The translations under genes were made by a program, and so were the position numbers. A DNA stretch of 64,000 nucleotides from NCBI RefSeq assembly GCF_009914755.1, contig NC_060947.1. One strand, given 5' to 3'. This DNA is from the human T2T-CHM13v2.0 reference genome, Homo sapiens. Under the pieces are notes generated by a model, which did no database searches, was not told the origin of the DNA, and was given only the letters and a program-made list of their open reading frames with translations. Numbering within the stretch: position 1 is the stretch's first letter; each line of letters starts with the position of its first letter. Below are positions 55,401 through 64,000 of this stretch, piece after piece.

Positions 55401-58400
55401 TCTACGGTTAGAGACACCTGTCCAACCCCAGTTATTCTAATGGGAGAGACTACTGGCCAACCCTAGGCATTCTAATGATAAAGTCTTCTGGACGAACCCA
55501 GGCTTTCTAATGACAGAGACACCTGGGCGACCTCAGGTATTTTATGGATAGAGACACCTGGTCAACCCAGGAATTCTAACCACAGTGACTTTTGGCCGAA
55601 CCCAGGCATTCTAATGATACAGACTCCTGGGAGGCCTCAGGCATTCTAAGGATAGACACCTGGCTGAGCCCAGCCATAATAATGGGAGTGACTCCTGGCT
55701 GACCCCAGGCATTCTAATGAGAGAGACTCCTGGCCTATTCTAGGCATTCTAATGATAGAGACACCTGTGTGACATCAAGCATTTTAAAAATAGAGTCACC
55801 TGGCCTTCCCCATGAATTATAATGAGAGAGACGCCATTTCAACTCCAGGCATTCTAATAATAAAGACACCCTGGCAATCTCAGGCATTCTAAAGATAGTG
55901 ACACTTGGATGACCTCAGGCATTCTAACTGGAGAGACTCCTGGTTGACCCCAGGCATTCTAATGATGGAGACTTCTTGCCTACACGAGGCGCTTTAATAA
56001 TAGAGACACCCAGGTGATCACAGGCATTCTATGGATTGAGACACATGGAGGACCCCAGGCATTCTAACAGGAGAGACTCCTGGCCATCCCCACACATTCT
56101 AATGAAAGAGACTCCTGGTTTTTTCCAGGCATTCTAATGAGAGAGACACGTGTAAAACCTCAGTCACTCTAAGGATAGAGACACCTAGCTGACCTCGGTA
56201 ATTCTAACAGGAGAGACTTTTAGCTGACCCCAGGCATTCCAATGAGACAGAATCCTGGCTGACCCCAAGCATTCTAAGAATAGAGACACCTGTGCAACTT
56301 TTGGCACTCTAAGGACAGAGACACCTGGCCGACCTTAGGCATTCTGCTGGGGAGATTCCTGGCTGACTTGAGTCAATCTAATGAGAGAGACATCAGGGCA
56401 ACCTCAGGCATTCTTAGAGACACCTATTCACCTAATGGGAAAGACTCCTAGCCAACCCCAGGCATTCTAATGGGAGAGACCTAAGGCTGAACCCAGGCAT
56501 TGTAATGATAAGATTCATGGACTAACCCAGGCATTCTAATAAAAGAGACACCTGGGGGACCTCAGACATTCTAAGGATGGAGACACTTGACTGACCCAAG
56601 ACATTCTAATGGAAAAAACTACTGGCTGACATGAGGCATTCTAACAACAGTTCCCTGGCCGCCACAGGCATCCTAATGATAAAACCACCTGGGTGACCAC
56701 AGGCATTCTAAGAATAGGGACACCTGGCCGACCCCAGGCATTCTAATGGCAGAGATTCTTGGCTGACTCCAGGCATTCTAATAATAGACTGCTGGCCGAC
56801 CGACCTCAGACATTTTAATGATAGAAACATATGGCCGACCCCAAGCATTGCAATGGGAGAGAATTCTGGCTAACCCCAGGCATTCTAATAATAAAGACTC
56901 CTGGCCGACCACAAACATTCTAATGATAGAGACACATGGAGAACCTCAAGCATTCTAAGAACAAAGAAACCTGGTTGAGCCCTGGCATTTCAATGGGAGA
57001 CACTCCTGGTCAACCCAAGGCATTCTAATGATAGAGACTCCTGGCCAAAAACAGGAATTCTAACGATTGAGACACCGGGGTGACCTCAGGCATTCTACAG
57101 ATAGACACACTTGGCCAATTCCAGACATTCTAACGAGAGAGACTCCCGGCCAACCCAAGTCATCCTAATGGGAGAAACTACTAGTCAACCACAGGCATTC
57201 TAATGATAAAGTCTTCTAGCAGAACTCAGGCATTCTAATGAGGGAGACACCTGGGGGACCTCAGGCATTCTACGAATAAAGACACCTGGTAGACACAAGG
57301 CATTCTAACGTGAAAGACTTCTTCTGGACATGAGGCTTTCTGATGATACAGACTCCAGGCCTATCCCATGCATTCTAATGATAGAGACTCCTGTGAGATC
57401 TCATTCATTCTAAGGATAAAGACACCTGGCTCACCCTAGGCATTCTAATGGGAGAGACTCCCAGCTAACCCCAGGCATTTGAAAGATAGAAACTCCTGGC
57501 TTACTGCATTTATTCTAATGATAAAGAAACCTGTGTGACCTCAGGCATTCTAAAGATAAAGACACCTGGCCAACCTCAGGCATTCTAATGAGAGAGACTC
57601 CAGTCCAACCCCAGGCTTTCTAATGATAGAGACTTTTGAGCAACCCCGCAACCTCACAATTCTAAGGATAGATGCACCTGGCTGACCCCAGACATTCTGA
57701 TGGGAGAGACTTCAGGCCTAACCCAGGCATTCTAATAATAGATGCTTTTGGCTGACACCTGGCATTCTAATGATAGAGACACCTAAGTGACATCAGGCAT
57801 TCTAAGGATAGAGACCCCTGGCCGACTTGAGGCATTTTAAAGTGAGCAACTCCTTGCTGTCCCAAGCATTCTAATGATAGAGACTGCTCACATACTCCAG
57901 ACATTCAAATGATAGGGACACCTGTGAAACTTTGACATTCTAAGGATAGAAACACCTGGATTGCCCAAGGCATTATAATGGGACAGACTCCTAGCCAACC
58001 AGAGGTATTCTAATGATAGAGAATTCTTGCCTACCGGAGTCATCGTAATGAGAGAAACACCTGTGTGACCTCAGGCATTCTATGGATAGAGACACCTGGC
58101 CGACCCCAGGAATTTTAATGGTAGAAACTCCTGGCCGACCACAGGCATTCTAATGATAGAGACTCCTGGAAGACCTCAGGCAGTCTAGAGACAGAGACTT
58201 CTGGCTGACACCAGGCATTCTGAAGATAGAGAAATCTGGGCAACCTCACCATTCTACAGATAGAGACACCTAAGTGACATCAGGCATTCTAAGGATAGAG
58301 ACAGCTTTCTGACCCCAGGCATTCTAAAGGGAGGGACTTATGGCCGCCCCTAGGCATTCTAATGATAGAGACTGCTGGCCTACTCCAGGCATTCAAATGA

Positions 58401-59369
58401 TAAAGATACCTGTGCAAACTTGGGCATTCTAAGGATAGACACAGCTGGCCCACCAAAGGCATTCTAATGGGAGAGAATCCTGGCCAACCAGAGACATTCT
58501 AATGATAAAGACTTCTTGTATACCCCAGGCATTCTAATGATAGAAATGCCTGTGTGACCTCAGGCATTCTAAGGATAGAGACACCTTTCTGACCCCAGGC
58601 ATTCTAATGGGAGAAACTCCTGGCTGACAACAGGCATTCTAATGGGAGACTCTCCTGGCTGACCACAGGCATTCTAATGATAGAGACTCCTGGACGACCC
58701 CAGGCTTTCTAAACACAGAGACTCCTGGCCAACTACAGGCATTCTAATGATAGAAACACCTGGGTGACCTCCCCATTCTAAGGATAGAGACACCTGGTCA
58801 ACTTCAGGCATTCTAAGGATAGAGACATCTGGTCGAAGCCAGGCATTCTTACAAGAGTGACCCCAGGTTGACCCCAAGCATTCTAATGTTAGAGACTTCT
58901 GTTTAACTCAGGCATTCTAATGATAAAGACACCTTTGCCACCTCTGGCATTCTAAGGACAAAGACACTTTGCTGGCCCCAGGCATTCTAATAGGAGAGAC
59001 TCCCAGCCAACCAAGAACATTCTAATAATAGAGACACCTGGGCGACTTCAGGCATTCTATAGATAGGCACACCTGGCCAACCCCTGGCATTTGAATGGGA
59101 GAGACTCCTGGCTGACCCCAGTCATTCTAACATGAGAGACTACTGGCCAAACACAAGCATTCTAATGATAAAGCCTTCTGCTCAAACCCACCATTCTAAT
59201 GACAGAGACACCTGGGCAACCTCAAGCATTTCAAGGATAGAGACACCTGGCCAACCCAGGCTATCTAACAAGAGAGACTTTTGGCAGACTTCAAGCATTT
59301 CAAAGATAAAGGCACCTGGGGGACCTCAAGCACTCTAAGGACAGAAACACCTGGTTGACCCCAGGCATT

Positions 59370-59670
<301 letters not shown>

Positions 59671-61749
59671 ACTGACTCCAGGCATTGTAACGGGAGAGAC
59701 TTCTAATGTACCACAGGCATAAGAGTGATAGAGACTCCTGGCCTACCCCAGCAGCCCTAATGAAAAAGACACCTGTGAGAGCTGTAGCATTCTAAGGATA
59801 GAGACACCTGAGTGACCCCAGGAATTAAAACAAGAAGGACAACTGGCCTACTCCAGGTATTCTAACAGAAGAGACTGCTGCCCAACCCCAGGAATCTAAT
59901 GGTTGAGACACCTGGGCGACCACAAGCATTCTAACAGTAGCGACACCAGGCCGACCGCAGACATTCTAACGGAAAAGACTCATGGACGAGCCCAGGCATT
60001 CTAATGATAGAGACCCCTGGCCTACCCCACACATTCTAATGATAGAGTCACCTAGGCGACCTAAGGCATGCTAAGCATAAAGACACCTGGCCAACACAGG
60101 CATTCTAAAGGGAAAGAATTTTGGTTGATCCCAGACATTCTAATGAGAAAGATTCTTGGCTGACCACAGGCATTGTTATAATAGAGACACCTGGGGGGCC
60201 TCAGGCATTCTAAGGATAGAGACACCTGGCCTATCCTAGGTGTTCTAAAGGGAGAGATTCCTGGCATTTTCCAGGCATTCTAATGATAAAGAAAACTGTT
60301 CACCATCAGGCATTCTAAAAATAGACACCCTGCCAACCTTAGGCAGGATTATGATAGAGACACCTGGGGAACCTCACGCATTCTAAAGATGAAGACTCCT
60401 GGCCAACCCCAGGCATTCCAATAATAAAGACTCCTGGCATACACCAGGTATTCTAATGATAGAAACACCTGTTCGACATCAGGCATTCTAAAGATAGAGA
60501 CACCTGGCTGAACCACCAGGCATTAAAATGGGAAAGACCCTTGGATGACAGCAGACATTCCAGTGATTGAGATTCCTGGATGACCTTAGACATTCTAATG
60601 ACAGAAACACCTGGGTGACCTCAGGCATTCCAAAGATAGAGACTCCTGGCCAACTTCAGGCATTCTAATGATAAAGACCCCTGAATGACATAAGGCATTC
60701 TAAGGGTAGAGACACCCGGGTGAACCCGGGCATTCTAACATGAGAGTTTCCTGGTCGACCCTAGGCATTCTAATGATAGAGACACTTGGGTGACCCTACC
60801 ATTCAAAGGATAGAGGCATTTGGCCAGCCCTAGGCATTCTAATGAAGGAGACTCCTGGCCAACCCCAGGCTTTCTAATAATAGAGACTCCTGGTCTATCA
60901 CAAGCACACTAATGACGGACACCTGGGAGACCTCAGGCATTCCAAAGAAAGTGACAACTGCCCCACCCAAGGCCTTCTAACAAGAGAGACTCCTGGCTGA
61001 TCCGTGGACTCTAATGGGAGAGACTCATAGCCAACCACAGGCATTCTAATGATAGAGACACCTAGGTGACATCAGGCATTCTAATGATAGAGACAGCTGT
61101 GTGACCTCAGTCATTCTAAAGCTAGAGACACCTGGAAGACCCCAATCATTCTACCGGGAGAGACTCCTGGCCGACCTGAGGCATTCAAATGATAAAGACT
61201 CTTGGCTGGCCTACCCCATGCATTCAAATGATAGAGAAACCTGTGCGACCTCAGGCGTTCTAAAAATAGAGACACCAGGCCAAATCCAAGCATTCTAGTG
61301 GGAGATATTCCTGGTCGAACCCAGGGATTCTAAAGAGAAAGATTCCTGCAGGAAACCCGGCATTCTAATGATAGAGACTCCTGGACGACCCCAGGCATTC
61401 TCATAATATAGACACCTGAGTGAACTCAGGCATTTTGAGGATAGAGACTTTTGGCTGACACCAGGCATTCTAATGATAGAGACACCTGGGCAACATTAGG
61501 AATTCTAAGGATAGAGACATCTGGCCGACACCAGGCAGTCCAATGGGAGAGACTCCTGGCTGCCCCCAGGCATTCTAATGATATAGTCTTCTGGCCTACC
61601 CCAGACATTCTATGATAGAGACACCTGTGTGACTTTAGGCATTCTAGAAATAAAGATACCTGGGCGACCCAAGGCAGAGTAACAGAAGAGTGTCCTGACT
61701 GACCACAGGCATTCTAATGAGAGAGCCTCTGGCGGACCCCAGTCATTTT

Positions 61750-62039
<290 letters not shown>

Positions 62040-64000
62040 GACCCCAGTCATTTTAATGATAGAGATTCCTGGACAACCCCCAGCAGTCTAATGATAGAGA
62101 CACCTGAGCAATCTTAGGTATTCTGAGGGTAGAGACGTTTGGCTGACCCCAGGCATATTAAGGGGAGAGACTCTTGGCAAGCCCCAGGAATTCTAATGAT
62201 AGAGACACTTGGGCCACCTCAGGTGCTCTAAGGTTAGAGACAACTGGCCAACCCCAAGCAATGTAATGGGAGAGAATCCTGGTCGACCCCAGGCATTCTA
62301 ATAAGAGAGACTCCTGCTGGTCTTAGGCAATCCAATGATAGAGACACCTGGGGGACCTCAACATTCATAGAATAGAGACACTTGGCCGACCCCAAGCATT
62401 ATAACAGTAAAAAGTCCTGGGTGACTCCAGGCATTCTAATGATAGAGGCTCCTGGCAAACCCCAGGCATTCTAATGACAGAAACACCTGAGAGATCTCAA
62501 CCATTGTAAAAACAGAGACACCTGGCTGCCACAGGCATTTAAACGGGAGAGATTCCTGGCTGACCCAAAGCATTCTAACGATAGAGCCTCCTGGCCATCC
62601 TCAGGCATTCTAATGACAGAGACACCTGGGTGTCCTCAGGCATTCTAAGGATATGACACCTGGCTGACCCCAGTCATTCTAACAGGGGAAACTACTGGTT
62701 GACCCCAGGCATTTTAATAATAGAGACACTTGTTTGATCTCAGTCATCCTAAGAACAGAGACACCTAGACGACCACAGGCATTTTAACGAGAGAAACTCC
62801 TGTCCGACCTCAGGCGTTCTAATGATAGAGGTTCCTGTCCGAACCCAGGCATTCTAATGATAAAGACTTTTGGACGACCCCAGGCATTCTAATTATAGAG
62901 ACAACTATACGACCTCAGGCATTTTAAAGATAGAGACACCTGGCTGACCACAGGCATTCTAATGAGCGGAATTCCTGGCCAACGCCTCACATTTTAATGG
63001 TAGAGGCACCTGGGCCATATCACGCATTCTAACAGAAGAGAGTGCAGGCTGACCTCAGGCATTCTGTTGATAGAGACTCCTAGCCTATCCCAGGCATTCC
63101 AATAACAGACACCTGTGTGACCTCATTCATTTTAAGTATAGAGACACCTGGACAAACTCAGACATGCTAATGGAAGAGACTCCTGACCAATCCCAGGCAT
63201 TCTAATGATAGAGACTGGTGGCTGACCCTAGGCATTCTAATGATAGAGACACCTGGGTGACCTCAGGTACTCTAAGGATAGAGACACCTGGCCAACTCCA
63301 GGCATTTTAACAGGAAAGACTCCTGGTCAAACAGAAGCATTCTAATGGGAGAGATTCCTGCAGGAACCCAGGCTTTTTAAGGATAGAGATCCTGGACAAC
63401 CTCAGGCATTCTAATGATACAGACACCAGAGCAAACTCAGGCATTCTGAAGATAGAGACATTTGGCCAACCCCAGGCATTCTATCGAAAGAGACTCCTGG
63501 CTGAACCCAGGTATTATAATGGGAGAGATTCCATGCTGAGCACAGGCATTGTAGTGATAAAGTCTCCTAGCCTATCTCAGGCCTTCTAATGATAGAGACA
63601 CCTTCAGAACCTTAGGCCTTCTAAGGATATAGACACATGTCTGAACCCAAGCTTTCTAATGGTAGAGACAGCTGGCCGACCCAAGGCATTCAAATGATAG
63701 AAATTCCTGGCCAATCCCATGCCTTCTAATGATAAAGAAACCTGTGTGACCTCAGTCTCATTCCAAGGATAGAGACACCTGACAAACCCAGGCATTCTAA
63801 CCATAGAGACTTCTGACCAAACCCAGGCATTTTAGAGATAGATACCTTTGGCCAACCCTAGGCATTCTAATGATAGAGACAACTAGGTGATCTCAGGCAT
63901 TCTAATGATAGACACTCCTTGTCGACCCCAGGCATTCTAATGTTAGAGACACCTGGGGGAACCCAGGTATTCTAATGATAGACACACCTGACCAACCACA

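Overview
Non-coding primate (human-like) pericentromeric satellite DNA. Layout: divergent monomeric alpha satellite with a ~172-bp consensus and no CENP-B boxes (1-12483); a ~31-kb array of the 35-bp HSAT4 satellite (12484-43480); a second alpha block (43481-49472) interrupted by a solo MER11 (HERV-K11/HML-8) LTR; and a second HSAT4 array (49473 to the window end). Four Alus are inserted in HSAT4: one AluY and three AluS. I find no genes, and all ORFs in the track are satellite, Alu or LTR translations. I found no new gene system. The notable signals are architectural: (i) all three alpha/HSAT4 junctions fall in the same ~30-nt phase of the alpha monomer; (ii) HSAT4 units follow an ordered grammar that switches to a dimer near the array edge; (iii) multi-kb blocks are shared between the two HSAT4 arrays; (iv) there are several fold-back (templated inversion) scars; (v) the AluS insertions are phase-locked to the unit. 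Everything was read by eye, so identities and boundaries are approximate. The chromosome cannot be determined without a search.
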